This document shows positions 13,692-27,376 of a DNA stretch of 64,000 bases, in pieces. The notes under the pieces were generated by a model. That model did no database searches, was not told where the DNA came from, and saw only the letters and a program-made list of their open reading frames with translations. The position numbers and the translations under genes are program-made. The DNA lies in contig OZ024743.1 of assembly GCA_964016885.1 (NCBI GenBank), forward strand, positions 267,096,001 to 267,160,000, written 5' to 3'. Origin of the DNA: Eledone cirrhosa. Its lineage: Eukaryota. Each line of letters begins with the position of its first letter. Position 1 is the first letter of the stretch.

Positions 13692-14248
13692 TACATGCCT
13701 GTGCTTCTGAATGTGTGTTTATGTGTGAAAAGTGTGGAAACCATTGCAATCTGAAAAAAAGTAGAAAAGTAGAGAGGTGAAAGAGAGAAAATGAAAGAAA
13801 AGGAATTATATATAAATAGCTGGAAGGATTAAAAAGAATCAACGGTAATTGATAATGGTATTTGTAAAGTCAAAAGTAACAAGAGTTTAGTAGCTATCAA
13901 TCGTGGCCGTGGTTTTAGGGTGTGAAATACAACGGGAAAGGTGATACGCGAAATTGCAATGGAGACTAGAAAGATCTACAAATTTAAATCATAGAAGACC
14001 GCTTAAAGCAGACAATGCTCACATTAAACATTTTTTGCTGGAGAAAAGACGTAATCTTGTGCCCCCCCCCCTGCCGCCCCACTCATACACGCACACTCAC
14101 ACACAGTCACACACACATACACACACATACACATACCTGCACATTCACACACACACACACACACAAATATATATATATATATACATAAATATTTTTCTCA
14201 AATATATATACACACAATTATATATTTATTTATATACATACATACATC

Positions 14249-14293
<45 letters not shown>

Positions 14294-14778
14294 TATATAA
14301 TATATATATATTATATATATAATATATACATATATACACACACACATATATACGTTCTATGTGTGTAATTGTTTATCCGAATTTTGTATTAGTATCTTTA
14401 TTTTTGTTTTAAATATTTTAATATTGATTGAAAAAATAAAACAAAGCAAACAATGATATTAATGAAAACATAAAAAGATATAATAAACACATCGGTAAAT
14501 AAAATAAAATCTAGAGAAAACAACAATATAATACGTTGCCAAAAGAAAAATTAATAAAGGGACCAAATTTCAAGAACACAAATAGTAGAAAAATAGATAT
14601 AAAAAATACGAATCCCACAATAATAAAATAAATAAAATTCCCACAAAATTTCAGGAAATTAATTTTGCCGAACACAAACAGATATGTCTCTATGGAAATA
14701 ATTTTAAATTAAATTTTGTTACATTTATGATAATACACGCACGCTCACTCAATATACACAAAGACAAGCATATACACA

Positions 14779-14846
<68 letters not shown>

Positions 14847-14878
14847 GTATATATATATATACATATGTATATATATAT

Positions 14879-14909
<31 letters not shown>

Positions 14910-15744
14910 CATATATACATATGTATACATATATATATACACGCATACATATATATATATGTATACATATATATATATATATATATTTTATATATATATA
15001 TGCATACATATGCATATATATATATATATATATATATAACTCTTTCCCTCACTCTCTGTATGAATTTTATGAAAAAAAAAAGCGTGTTTCTTTTGTTGAA
15101 TAATTTATTCTTTCTTTTAATGTTATTTGTAATCCTATTGTAAAAATATTATTTTATTAATTAAATTCAGCTTAACACATTATAAACCCATGTCTTCCCC
15201 TCGCTTGTTTCTTTTTCTATGTTGTATCTTTTTGTCTTTTTCGTAATTTCTTCTGAAACAATTCCTGCAGCCTATCACCGAAATTACTAAGCAATACTGT
15301 TAGTTATGTAATTTTGTATAAAATCTTTTTCATTTGTATATTATTTTATTTACTGAATTATATATTTTTCTTTACGTATGAAATCAACCACAACAAAACG
15401 TACTACAATAAAAACAATAGCACAGTCTGCTCATTTTGCAGCCTTCAGTTTTCGTGTTCAATTCCACGGCGTGAGGCTTCTGCGTATGTATTCTTAATAG
15501 ACACTATCGCTTCGGCTTGACCACTCTGTTGTGACTTGTATTTCCGTAGACCCATGATGTATGGAAATGCATGACACACATTAATATACCGATAACAATA
15601 TATCTATGTACGAAGTTTTGCTCCTGATATTTTATTTAAATGTATATTAAGCGTATAGGAAGTTACATGTTATCGCCTTCAAAATGCAACATTTACGCAG
15701 TCCTTGCAACGTTTTTTATTGATTGTAGTAGTGTCCATAGCTTT

Positions 15745-16808
15745 TCATTTACATTTTGTAAATGTTCCACTATCCCAAAATAATGTCCCTTTAACTTCAT
15801 TTTCAACCAAGGGAAGAGGTGTTGAATAAGAAATCACACGGAGATAGATCTGGGTTGTAGGCAGGATGTGGTAGAGTGGGAATGATTTTCCTCGGCAGAC
15901 ATTCTCTAACTGAATGTGTTCTGTGAACAGACGCGTTAACGAGCAGCAGTCCTCTAACTCCCGCAACGTCCTTTACGAATCGCTAGACACCCGTTTTCGA
16001 AGTCGTTCCAGGAGATTTTGTAGAAGGTGCGATTAACTGTCTCTCCTGGAAGTAAGCTTTCCTTATGACCAATAACACGGCTGTCGAAAAAAAGAGTGAT
16101 ATTTTTTTCCTCATACTAAATCTGTTCGTGTGTGCTTTCTCGTGACTTGGAGTATTGTTTGTGGGTCACTCCTCACTTTGCTGTTTTGTGTCTGGATCGT
16201 ACTCGAATACTAATGATTCATCACCTCATTACTTCATCCAAGAATTTTGGCTCAAATTCAAGTCTTTTTGTTCCAATTACAAGTGTTTGGGAGCTAGTTT
16301 TGCACACAATTTTAGCTTGTACAAATGGTTTATTGAAATTCTGTGAGCTGCATTTTTATCCACGACCGTTTCTTTTGCAATCAGCCTCACACTTAATCGA
16401 AGATAATTGGCCATCACCGTCCGCACTGCATTTTGTTCCTTTATTGACGAGATTGGCTTTCCAGAACGAAGTTTCTCTGCCCTCTTTGAATGTTTTGTGC
16501 TACGTAAAATTCTTACTTCTTGACAGAATTGTATCACCATAATCTTGGGTTAAAGATTTAAATGCTTCGTTGGAAAATTTGTTGAATTCACACAAAATTA
16601 GATCCCGTATGGTTGCTCGATATTTTCGTGCATCGCAAACGTAACTGAGGTTATTTGTACATAAACAGAGATAACTCATGACTGACATATTCAATCATGT
16701 TGAAATAAGTATGTACGTTCAGACAGGATCATACCCAACACCCACGATGTGCTGTTTTATGATAGATAATATAGGACGTCAGTACACTTATTTTTGGGAC
16801 AAGCCTAG

Positions 16809-16810
<2 letters not shown>
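15745..16810 (-). pseudogene. Mariner (DD34D-type) transposon remnant
   Basis: Fragments YGDTILSRS..FKEGRE, RSGKP, RLSVRLIA, KLCAKLAPKHL, FEYDPDTKQQSEE, FFDSRVIGHKE.LPGETVN, LPHPAYNPDLSPCDF. TIR-like end near 16790-16810. Confidence 0.88.
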
Positions 16811-16850
<40 letters not shown>

Positions 16851-16852
<2 letters not shown>

Positions 16853-16981
16853 CGAAGGAAGTGTGGTCAGGAACCAGGTGGACCATAAGGCACCAGAGTA
16901 CTCGATATTATGGGTAGAAGGGTCAGAACTAGCTGTCGAAACTGCCGGAGCTCAGCCGTCGGAGTCCTGACACTTTTCCCA
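16851..16981. repeat. Inverted-junction repeat related to 26385-26582, carrying an HHR 3' half only
   Basis: Shares ctagctgtcGAAAc.gcc.gagctcagccgTCgg and ggaccataa..caccaga.tactcgata with 26385-26582. Confidence 0.6.
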
Positions 16982-16986
16982 ATATA

Positions 16987-17066
<80 letters not shown>

Positions 17067-17211
17067 TAAATGAGGTATCGTATAAGGTAATCCAAGTACA
17101 GTGCATGATTCTAACGTGCGGCGTTTTTTGACTCGACATGTTTACTTATTTGTGGTGTTCAGATGGCAGATTCCAGACAGTTTCTAGGTAAGCAATTCAT
17201 GTAGTATTAAT

Positions 17212-17405
17212 AATTGTTTCTAAGTATGGCACAAGGCCAGCAATTACCCAGTGCATTACTGGTACTTTATTTTATCGACCCCGTAAGGATAAAAGGCAAA
17301 ATTAACCTCGGCGGGATTTGAACTTAGAATCGCAAGGGCCGTATCTCTATATATATGTCAAAGCATGGCGTCCGACCCTCTACTGATATGCCAATCCACC
17401 ACCTG
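17212..17405 (-). mobile_element. tRNA-type SINE (major family)
   Basis: Near copy of 4051-4228. Confidence 0.85.
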
Positions 17406-17690
17406 TAGTATTAATAATGAAGGAGTGAAGAATAATAAGTATAAGCTATATAATAGGGTTTATTCCAGGTATTACCAAAACAAATGATTCATTGGCACAA
17501 TGTGTCTAAAAATCATTATCTATCTATATATATATGAAGAGAGAGAAGAGAGAGTGTGAGAGAGGGGGTGGATTTTACGGACTAGAACACTACTAGTCCC
17601 GTCGAAGTCATTGTTTTATTTAATGAAGATGCCTATACCGTGCATCGAATACTTATTTTAAAACAATTCCGTGACCTACATATTATATAT

Positions 17691-17735
<45 letters not shown>

Positions 17736-17958
17736 AAAGTGAGGTTTTTTTACAAAATGAAAAATAGCCGAGGTGTCCCACACGAGTGAAATTATAAAGA
17801 AAAAAAGATGAAATTGAAAATGCAACTGGAGTCTTATTTTAAAAAATATATATATATTTATTTGGTTTCTTTACCGGTTTCGCAGTTCTTCTGCCGTAGC
17901 TATGCAAACACCGGCGGGCTAACGCCCTCTGGTGATGTCCAGCAGAAGCAAGGAGGAC

Positions 17959-18003
17959 AACCCTCTATGCATTTCAGGCTTATCTGGCCTTCGTCAGGAC
18001 GGT
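17959..18003 (-). ncRNA. Hammerhead ribozyme, family B (inverted copy)
   Basis: Reverse complement accgtc-CTGACGA-aggc cagataa gcct-GAAA-tgca-TA-gagggt. One stem I mismatch. Confidence 0.8.
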
Positions 18004-18214
18004 CCCTCCCACCGCTTGCGACTGCTGGACTAGAAGACAGTCGAGAATATATACTTTTCTCGTCTGTGTAAATGAGGTGATTAATCTCATTTGCATATGA
18101 AGCTGCATAAGTTGGCTCAACTTATAATAGAATAGAAATAGGATTTCGCTTCAAGCATAGCTTTATACAATATGCATAAATATTTCGTATCTCCAAAGAG
18201 ATACGATTTTAGGG

Positions 18215-18258
18215 ACCGTCCTGATGAAGGCCAGTTAAGCCTGAAATGCATAGACGGT
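18215..18258 (+). ncRNA. Hammerhead ribozyme, family B
   Basis: accgtc-CTGATGA-aggc cagttaa gcct-GAAA-tgca-TA-gacggt. Confidence 0.9.
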
Positions 18259-18536
18259 TGTCCCCCTTGCTTCTGCTGGATATCACCAGAGGGCGTTAGC
18301 CCCCCGGTGTTTGCATAGCTACGGGTTCCTAAAACCGTATTTCTTTGGAGATACGAAATATTTATACATATTGTATAAAGCTATGCTTGAAGTGAAATCC
18401 TATTTCTTATTTATTATAAGTTGAGCCAACTTATGCAGCTTCATATGCAAATGAGATTAATCAACCCATTTACACAGACGAGAAAAGTATATATTCTCGC
18501 CTGTCTTCTAGTCCAGCAGTCGCAAGTGGTGGGAGG

Positions 18537-18582
18537 AACCGTCCTGACGAGGGCCAGTTAAGCCTGAAATGCATCGACGGTT
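18537..18582 (+). ncRNA. Hammerhead ribozyme, family B
   Basis: aaccgtc-CTGACGA-gggc cagttaa gcct-GAAA-tgca-TC-gacggtt. Confidence 0.9.
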
Positions 18583-18763
18583 GTCCACCTTGCTTCTACT
18601 GGATATCACCAGAGGGCGTTAGACCCCCTGTGCTTGCATAGCTATTGGTTCCTAAAAACGTATTTCTTTGGAGATACGACATATTTATACATATTGTATA
18701 AAGCTATGCTTGAAGCAAAACCCTATTTATTTTATATATATATATATATGTGTGTGTGTGTAA

Positions 18764-18823
<60 letters not shown>

Positions 18824-18886
18824 ATATTATATATATATATATATTCATATATATACGTATATATATATATATGTGTGTGTGTGTAA

Positions 18887-19012
<126 letters not shown>

Positions 19013-19129
19013 ATATTATATATATATATATATTCATATATATACGTATATATATATATATATGTGTGTGTGTCTGTGTGTATCTTTATTGTGTTGAAGC
19101 GTTCTTTTATACACACACATTCCGTCAAT

Positions 19130-19600
19130 CACCATGTTTAAAATGTACTATGGTAATGCATCGGGCTGACAGCACGCAATATAATTTTCCCTCACACCCC
19201 GTAGCAATTTCCTTCACTTTATGTTTCCTGTCATCACTTATAATCACAGAATTTCACGTAGTCTTGCATGTCCAGGATTTCAAAACAGGTGCACAAATAG
19301 AAATCTAATCCAAAAGCCAAGGAAGTTTTAAAGAACTGGCCAAGATTGTTTTGACCGTTCGTTGAACTCTGGAGGTGACAAATTATATGATGTGAAAAAT
19401 CGTTTGCTTGCCTGGAAGTGTTTCCATAATCTACTCAGCTATAAAAGAGACTTTACATTCTATGATTCAACATTGACACGATTTTTCTCTCCGTTAAATA
19501 AAAAATGTTTTTATTTCTTTAATGATGGTAGGCACAGGCAAGACTGTTTTGTTAAGCAGTTCACAGAAATATGGTATTATGGTCAGACACATTGCGCGCT
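19130..19600 (-). pseudogene. Possible very degenerate mariner transposase fragment
   Basis: Short match [13 protein letters not shown] to the mariner DRRxxVREIA HTH motif. Little else recognisable. Confidence 0.35.
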
Positions 19601-22600
19601 TCCTTGAGAAGACGTCATCTATGCTGTCCGGTTGCTGACTGCATATGTAAGATGGAAATAGTATAAAGCGGTCACATACATATATGTAGGGTTGCGGAGT
19701 GTTTGTGTCTAACTGTGGGCGCGGAAGATTCTGTGTAGATGTGTGTGTATTATATCCAAATAAAATATACTCGTGTGAACATTATCATTAATATTGAAAG
19801 CATTAAAATTATTGTGAACATAGACTAAATAGGTGGGTTCAATCCTCACTGATTTGCTAAAATATTACAGGTATAATTGGAGGAGACCATACTCAATTAG
19901 ATTCAGTAGTGAAATGATACACATACAAGATGAAATTGGAGTCTCTGGCAGATAAAGAAATCTGGACCAGATATACGGATTTTATTGTCAACAAATTTCT
20001 CTAGAAAAACTGAGGGCATTGAATCGGAGTGGAGGATGTTCGGGTCGGTATTTTTTTTTCAACTGAAAGTGGTCTGATGTGGCGCCGCGTAACAGGATGA
20101 CGCCATGGTCCGATCATGTGGACAAGATGTCATCCGAACAAAGGAGGCTTACACAGTTTGGCTTGGAAATATGTACTCCTTGCCCTTGCTGAACAAACAG
20201 GAACAAAATGTCACAGAAGTGCGAGATTAGAGACGTCCAAAATTAAAACATGGGATGACTTTGAGATTAAGCTAGAATATGACTTCAGATCAGGAAATGA
20301 AGTGTTCTGGTAGATCATCACTGACTTCAAAATATGAAGTCATAATCTATGCCTGCTATAAACAAAACGCTCTGGGATGTCTATTCAGAGAAGTGCAAAT
20401 TTCTTCAGTCTGGAATTTTCTTTAATTTATATTTTGGAAAGCGTTTATTTTGTTTTTCGTTGGCCATCCCTCCCAAGCAAAAGGCCTTTTGGGACGTGTC
20501 ATTCACGTAAATTTCATCACGCGAAAAGACCAAGCAATTGTAGAATTCTGAATCTGGATGTAAGGATTTGCAGCTACGTCTGTGTACATGCTTGTGGTTT
20601 GCTGTAGACACAGTCAGGAGAGTTATTTTGGTGTTGTAGCTGTGTTCTTGTGTAGATGTTGAAGTCGTTATATATGCTCTAGACTATGCCGAAGCAATTG
20701 TAGTCATAGCAGTAACGGGTTATTTGAAACATCTCATAAAACCAAACATGTAATCCAGTTAAACAACTGAAAGCAACACAGAGGAGAATACAAAGGAAAG
20801 AAAATATCTGTCAATGCTTGATATTAACAAAGAAAACCTACGAATGAAAAGAAAAATAGATTGATACAAATAAAACAGAAATTCAAATAATTCAAATCCA
20901 CATAACTTTTCTATATCGCAATGATGCCCCATTCATGCAGATTGCCAAACATCTCGTCTACATTCCGATTCCATTTTATAAGTTTTCACCTTAAACCTAA
21001 TACAAAAAAATGTATAATAATATAATAATATCAAGTAATATATCTCAAAAACATGATCCAGTAAAGGCTTGCAAATTTATAAATATATATATAACAGTTA
21101 CGTTTCAAAAGGCCATAACAGAAGATTGTTTGGAAGATAATCATTAATCTGTGTTTGGTATAAATTGATTACCAGAAGGTGTTCTTCACTGTTTCCTATT
21201 CGGAGATTCTGAAAGCATTGTCCCTGGGTAAGATTGAGTGAATAGCAAAGATGCATATCAAACGTATAATGAGTAAATGGTGAATAGTTCTATAGATCTA
21301 AACAAAAGAAAGACCATAAAACAAGTAAAACAATACATATAGTAAATAATGCATTTTATTGTGTGAAGATACACACGTAGAATGTCAATCAAACATGTGT
21401 CTATGACTGAGAACTGTGATGTAAATAGATTACACGAATTCAAAATACATTTGGGTATAAAATTTTCTTCATGTAAACGAAAGTATCGCTCTATAGAAGA
21501 ACAGTAACGATGTTCTGTAAGAAAGAGCTACATTAAAACAATATTAACATCAGAGTTAAAATTATGAATATTTTATTAAACTAGATAATTCTATGTATTC
21601 CTTCATTAGAGAAACCAGCTTATATGTAAGTTATTGTGAGAGGAATATCATAAATTATTAATAGAAAATAATTTAAGATTGTAAGAATGGAATCAAACAT
21701 TTTACAAGATAGTTTTGAAGTGTCAAACCGAGCAGATGTATCCAAGATATCGAAAAAAAAGTGTGATTATCAAAAGTGACTTCAGTGGAAATCTCATTAA
21801 TTTACATAAGTCTAAATCCTGGAAAATACGAAAAATATGAGAAGTGGATCGGTATTGTAATTTATAGACGCATAACAAAGCGTAATAGAGAAATATTCCA
21901 GTCAATCAGTATTATAGTTGAGAATAGTCAGAAATACTTCAACAAGAGAACTATGTTGTTAGTTTAACGCCGAAGCATTGACACCTATAATATTATGACA
22001 GAAGCCTCAAATTTACGACTTGAACTCAACCTCAAAATATATAACACTAGTTCGTCAATGTTCACAAATTACAATTTACTCCTCAGATCATTCAAACTGC
22101 AACCAAAGTCTTCTCTGCCCAAATCCATCCATATATCTCCTACATCTGCCACCCTTCTATCTTCCTCCATTTCCATCAACCTATTTATATATATCTATTT
22201 ATCTCACTCTCCCCCTCTCTCACTCTCCCTCTCACTCTCCCTCTCTCTCTCTCCCTCTATCTCTCTATATATATATACACACACACACATATATATATAT
22301 GCATATTAATATATATTCAATATTATTAAAAAAATGAAGGTCATGAACAATTATTCCTTTATTTCTACGTTCGTTTCAATACAGTTATAATGAGACATGT
22401 ATTTGCAGAACAACTGGAAATTATGACATTTTTCGTTAAGAATTAACTACACCATATCTATTACCAATAGCTCGTATATCCTCAGGTCATGTTAATATAT
22501 ATATATATATATATAAACGGAACAAATGAAACGAAATTTCATTTCCCACTCTTAGTACGGCTGTTACTTAAATGTAAGTATGTATACGTACATACATATT

Positions 22601-22785
22601 TCTATACAGACGTACAGTAGTATGTATATATATATACATACATGCACACACATATATATATATGTACGTATGGATTTACCGAACATTTAGTATAATGCTC
22701 GGTGTGTTTGTAAACAAACATCCCGAATTAAGCCGTACAGTGTTTAGCAACCATCGTTGCCCTTTTGTTCAACACTGACAAAGGA

Positions 22786-22828
22786 ACGATGTACTAGTTC
22801 CAAGCTTATTAGCTATCGTCAGCACCTT
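22786..22828 (-). ncRNA. Hammerhead family A, mutated (GAAA->GGAA, stem I mismatches)
   Basis: Reverse complement aggtg-CTGACGA-tagctaataagctt-GGAA-ctag-TA-catcgt. Confidence 0.6.
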
Positions 22829-23496
22829 ATACCTTTCTGCCAGATGATTGAACGTCTGAAAGTATATACTTTCCTTATGCATATTAACGGCTGAGCAGCC
22901 TAATTTGCATATCGAGTGAGTTAATCGGCCGGGCGCACCGAAAACGATAAACGGAAAAAATGAAGCGAAATTTCATTTTTCACTCTTAGTACGGCTGTTA
23001 CTTAAATGTGAGTATTTATACGTACATACATATATGTATACAGACGTACAGTAGTATGTATATATATATATATACATACATGCACACATATATATATATA
23101 TATATGTACGTATGGATTTACCATTAACAAAAGGGCAACGATGGTTGCTAAACACCGTACGGCTTAATTCGGGATGTTTGTTTACAAACACACCGAGCAT
23201 TATAATAAATGTTCGGTAAATCTATACGTACATATATATATGTGTGCATGTATGTATATATATATACATACTACTGTACGTCTGTATACATATATGTATG
23301 TACGTATACATACTTATATTTAAGTAACAGCCGTACTAAGAGTGAGAAAGGAAATTTCGTTTCATTTTTTCCGTTTATCGTTTTTGCTGCGCCCGGCCGA
23401 TTAACTCACTCGATATGCAAATTAGGCTGCTCAGCCGTTAATATGCATAAGGAAAGTATATACTTTCAGACGTTCAATCATCTGGCAGGAAGGTAT

Positions 23497-23539
23497 ACGT
23501 TGCTGACGATAGATAATAAGCTTGAAACTAGTACATCGT
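23497..23539 (+). ncRNA. Hammerhead family A
   Basis: acgttg-CTGACGA-tagataataagctt-GAAA-ctag-TA-catcgt. One mismatch each in stems I and II. Confidence 0.75.
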
Positions 23540-23750
23540 TCCTTTGTCATTGTTGAACAAAAGGGCAACGATGTCGTTGGCGACTAAACTGCCAACCTAA
23601 ACACTGTACGGCTTAATTCGGGATGTTTGTTTACAAAAACACCGAGCATTATAATAAATGTTTGGTAAATCCATACGTATATATGTGTGTGCATGTATGT
23701 ATATATATATATACATACTACTGTACGTCTGTATATATATATGTATGTAT

Positions 23751-24160
23751 GAGAGATGACCCCTTAGCCTTTGTCAAGGCAGAATTCTAGGAGAAGGAAA
23801 TCTCTGATATAACACCTGCAACTCTGATGGTATCCAATGATGTTGACATGTTCTTCTTTTTGGTAAATATTATCTTGGTTAAGAGAGTGGGACTGGCTTT
23901 GTGCAGTGCCTTTGCTCACTATAAAAGCTTCACGGCACAGACATTGCTTTATATCTGGAGATCTCTCTGCACTTGTCATCACATGGTATCATGGGCCCAG
24001 CACTATGTGTCAATAATTGTGCCAAGTGTAGTGTTTGTACCAGAGTTTTCAAGTCGCTGGCTGGACTAAAAAGTCACACTCGTTCAGCGCATCGGTGGGG
24101 GTTCTCCTACATGGATATAAAGTAGTGGCCGTACTCGAAAACGAGTTGGCAGCCACCGTG
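23751..24160 (+). mobile_element. RTE-derived non-autonomous element, 5'-truncated copy
   Basis: Highly similar to 24894-25290. Confidence 0.75.
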
Positions 24161-24175
24161 TACGTATACATACTT

Positions 24176-24235
<60 letters not shown>

Positions 24236-24694
24236 GCTTTTCTGTCTATCTATTTATCTATTAATCTATCTATCTACCTATCTATCTGTCTTTGTGTTCC
24301 CCTATTTTTCTCATAAAACCTTTCTTATGACCACCATTTCCCTACTTCTCTTCCTTCTTCCCTTTCTTTATTATTTTTAGCATTACTTTCCTTTCCCCCT
24401 GTCTCTTCTTCTGAAAACACATTAAGTGAAGAGAGACAAATCCTCAGATGAAAATCTGGATTATCTACTCTTCTTAATGATACTGATATTCCCCAAAGAA
24501 TAGTCAAGTCTTTTTAATAACTTCCGCTTTCCTTCGCGATAGATGTCTACTCTTCCAGGTAATTCATGTCCGACTGAAGAGTGTTTATTTAACTATTATA
24601 TAATACACGGAATAATTTGTAGTCAATCGTATATATGTATGCATGTGTGTATGTGTGTATGAATGTATGTATATATATATGTATGTATTTATGT

Positions 24695-25295
24695 CAGGTC
24701 ACCAGTTGGTGCTACTGCTAACATGTATCCCAGTACAACCTGTCTCATGGTCAGGTCGTTGGCGACTAAACTGCCAACCCCACCAAGGTTTCCTGGTGAG
24801 GAGGGTGACTTTGGACATCCTGCAGGACTAAAAACAAAACCTGTCAAAGGGCAAAGTAGCTCTTAAGTGTCAATGGCCATCCAAAATCACCGGGAGAGAT
24901 GACCCCTTAGCCTTTGTCAATGCAGAATTCTAGGATAAGGAAAACTCTGATATAACACCTGCAACGCTGATGTTCCCCAATGATGTTGACTCGTTCTTCT
25001 TTTTGGTAAATATCATCTTGGTTAAGAGAGTGGGACTGGCTTTGTGCAGAGCCTTTTCTAACGGCACATGCATTACTTTATATCTGGAGATATCTCTGCA
25101 CTTGTCGTCACGTGGTACCATGGGCCCAGCGCTATGTGTCAATAATTGTCACAAGTGTAGTGTTTGTACCAAAAATTTCAAGTCGCTGGCTGGACTAAAA
25201 AGTCACACTCGTTCAGCGCATCGGTAGGGGTCTCCTACATGGATATAAAGTAGTGGCTGTACTCGAAATCAAGTTGGCAGCCACCATGTATGTAT
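24695..25295 (+). mobile_element. RTE-derived ~600 bp non-autonomous element (bipartite 5'UTR + 3' end)
   Basis: 3' part encodes HKCSVCTKNFKSLAGLKSHTRSAHR* (C2H2 finger as at RTE ORF ends). (ATGT)n tail. No RT. Two local copies. Confidence 0.7.
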
Positions 25296-25574
25296 GCATG
25301 AATATATGTGTATGTGTTTGTGTGTGTGCAAGTGTGTATGCATGCATGTTTGCATATATGTATGTATATATGTGAATGTATGCATGTATGTATCTATAAT
25401 AGTCTTGTGTCATAAGACTATGACTTTTTCTTGTATTTCGGTGAGGCATGTACAGAAAATAATCTAATCATTGGCAGGTGTAAATTGACGTGTTCATGGC
25501 ACCCATATACGAGAAAAATTTATTTCAAGGAACAGCAATTCTCGAATCTGAAATGTAGCCAATATATATGTTTG

Positions 25575-25690
25575 TCTGAGTTCAAATCCCGCCGAGGTTG
25601 ACTTTGCCTTTCATCCTAACGGGGTCGATAAAATAAAGTACCAGTAATGAACTGGGTAATTGCTGGCCTTGTGCCTAAATAGAAACAAAT
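25575..25690 (+). mobile_element. tRNA-type SINE (major family), 5'-truncated
   Basis: gagttcaaatcccgccgaggttgactttgcctttcatcc...gtaccagt. Confidence 0.85.
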
Positions 25691-26348
25691 ATATATGTTT
25701 GTCTGTATCTATCTTTGTAGGAATGTATGCATTGTTTCTGTAATGTTATGTATGTATATATGTATGTATGTTATGTATGTATATATGTATGTATATATGT
25801 ATGTATGTCTGTCTGTATGTATCACGGCCCATATGTATGTATACGTGGGTATATATATATATATATATATGTTCTGGCTCGTTAATTTATTAACCTGCAC
25901 TAGAACCACAATGGCATATGGTTGGATAATACATGTGTCCCTATATGTATTTTGCATGTAGGGATATATACTTTATTATTATTAATCTCCTCTGGTCGAG
26001 ATAACATTTTGGTCGTTTTGTCTGCTGCTATTCCTAGTGGCAGTGGATTGACCTTTCCGCCTCTGCTTTCTATCTTTGCACACGACACTGGACAGAATTG
26101 CTTCTATATCATTCAGTCTCATCTCGGGAACAATTTTGAATAGCGCCAGTTCGTAATTTGAACTCGGGAATTTTATATTTTCCGAGTGAAAAGAACCTTC
26201 TGACGAGAGTCATTCTTTTAAATGGATGTCCGTAAGGACTATACATTTATTTTTGAGACTTGAAACCGTACGGTAAATGTAACTACAGCAAGTACAGTGA
26301 ATTCTTTTAAAATTTATTTTAAAACTTTTTCTTATTTGCTAAACCTTG

Positions 26349-26384
<36 letters not shown>

Positions 26385-26386
<2 letters not shown>

Positions 26387-26582
26387 AAAATAGGCAGGAC
26401 CCTGACGGCTGAGCTCTGGCCGTTTCGACAGCTAGATCCGAACAGATCGGATCTAGCTGTCGAAACAGCCGGAACTCAGCCGTCGGGTCATGACTCTTTT
26501 CCTATTACCTACTCTGCTACCCTACGTATCGAGTATTCTGGTGTATTATGGTCCAACTGTAGCTTACCCCGTCTTCTTTGTT
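26385..26582. repeat. ~55-bp-arm fold-back repeat with HHR 3' halves
   Basis: 26385-26439 pairs with 26447-26503. Each arm has GAAA-cggc..gccg-TC. Confidence 0.7.
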
Positions 26583-26599
26583 ATATATATAAGTAGAAG

Positions 26600-26963
26600 T
26601 TGTATTTATTTTGTTGGAAGTCCGACAAACATAAATGTCTATCACTGATTTAGAGCACTCAACAGTAACTGGAGTAAATATTCAATGATATTAAATAAAT
26701 GGAAACTATATTTATAAAAGCATATTTATTTTATTTTATATATTTCATGGGCAAAGACAACATTGGTACGCTTTCATCAGATAAAATACAAAGTTTGCTT
26801 TATAAATAAGGTATGATTTTGTTGGGTATGTCCCTATTCATGAAACAAACTTTGCATTTTATCTGATGAAAGCGTACCAATGTTGTCTTGGTTGCCCTTG
26901 AAATATATATAATAAAATAAATATGCTTTTATAAATATAGTTTCCATTTATTTAATATCATTG
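26600..26963. mobile_element. Family C HHR-bearing inverted repeat
   Basis: 26684-26797 is inverted relative to 26847-26963. Relatives at 49135-49352 and 62000-62200. The inverted HHR at 26728-26787 has lost U16.1. Confidence 0.8.
26856..26918 (+). ncRNA. Hammerhead ribozyme, family C
   Basis: attttat-CTGATGA-aag cgtaccaa..ttggttgcc ctt-GAAA-tatata-TA-ataaaat. Confidence 0.8.
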
Positions 26964-27012
<49 letters not shown>

Positions 27013-27013
27013 T

Positions 27014-27086
<73 letters not shown>

Positions 27087-27265
27087 ATGTATATATCTAT
27101 CTATTATTTCTAACATCCTTCTTCCTATTTTCTGTGTGTATATGCTTCTTTAACTATATGACTGTTTCCTTCTCCTCCCACATTCTCTTGTTCTTTACTT
27201 ACTCATATATAGTCAATTTGTCCAACAACCTTTCTTGCAAATTTTCATATTTCTTCTTTCCTTAC

Positions 27266-27376
<111 letters not shown>

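Larger units (their letters stand above)
17880..18725. mobile_element. Family B HHR-bearing repeat: one inverted unit followed by about 1.6 tandem units of 323 bp
   Basis: 17896-18197 is the reverse complement of the following units. Direct period 323. Flanked by (TA)n. Confidence 0.88.
22513..23750. mobile_element. Family A HHR repeat, divergent inverted + tandem array
   Basis: Minus-orientation units 22513-23122 and plus-orientation units 23124-23750. Confidence 0.88.

Noticed and set aside
15950-16650. Apparent minus-strand exons with a good acceptor (ttttttcgacag) and donor (gtaaga)
   Set aside because: The sequence is continuous mariner transposase; the apparent acceptor is the FFDS codons.
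21176-21235. Possible micro-exon ending in G|gtaaga
   Set aside because: No polypyrimidine tract and no recognisable peptide.
20900-22130. Possible ancient PLE RT/EN remnant (LYRNDA, FTLNL, LNSTS..QCS)
   Set aside because: Motifs are too degenerate to support without an HMM search.
22420-22495. atgac-CTGAGGA...GAAA-aat-gtcat on minus strand
   Set aside because: Stem I pairs, but there is no stem III and no convincing stem II.
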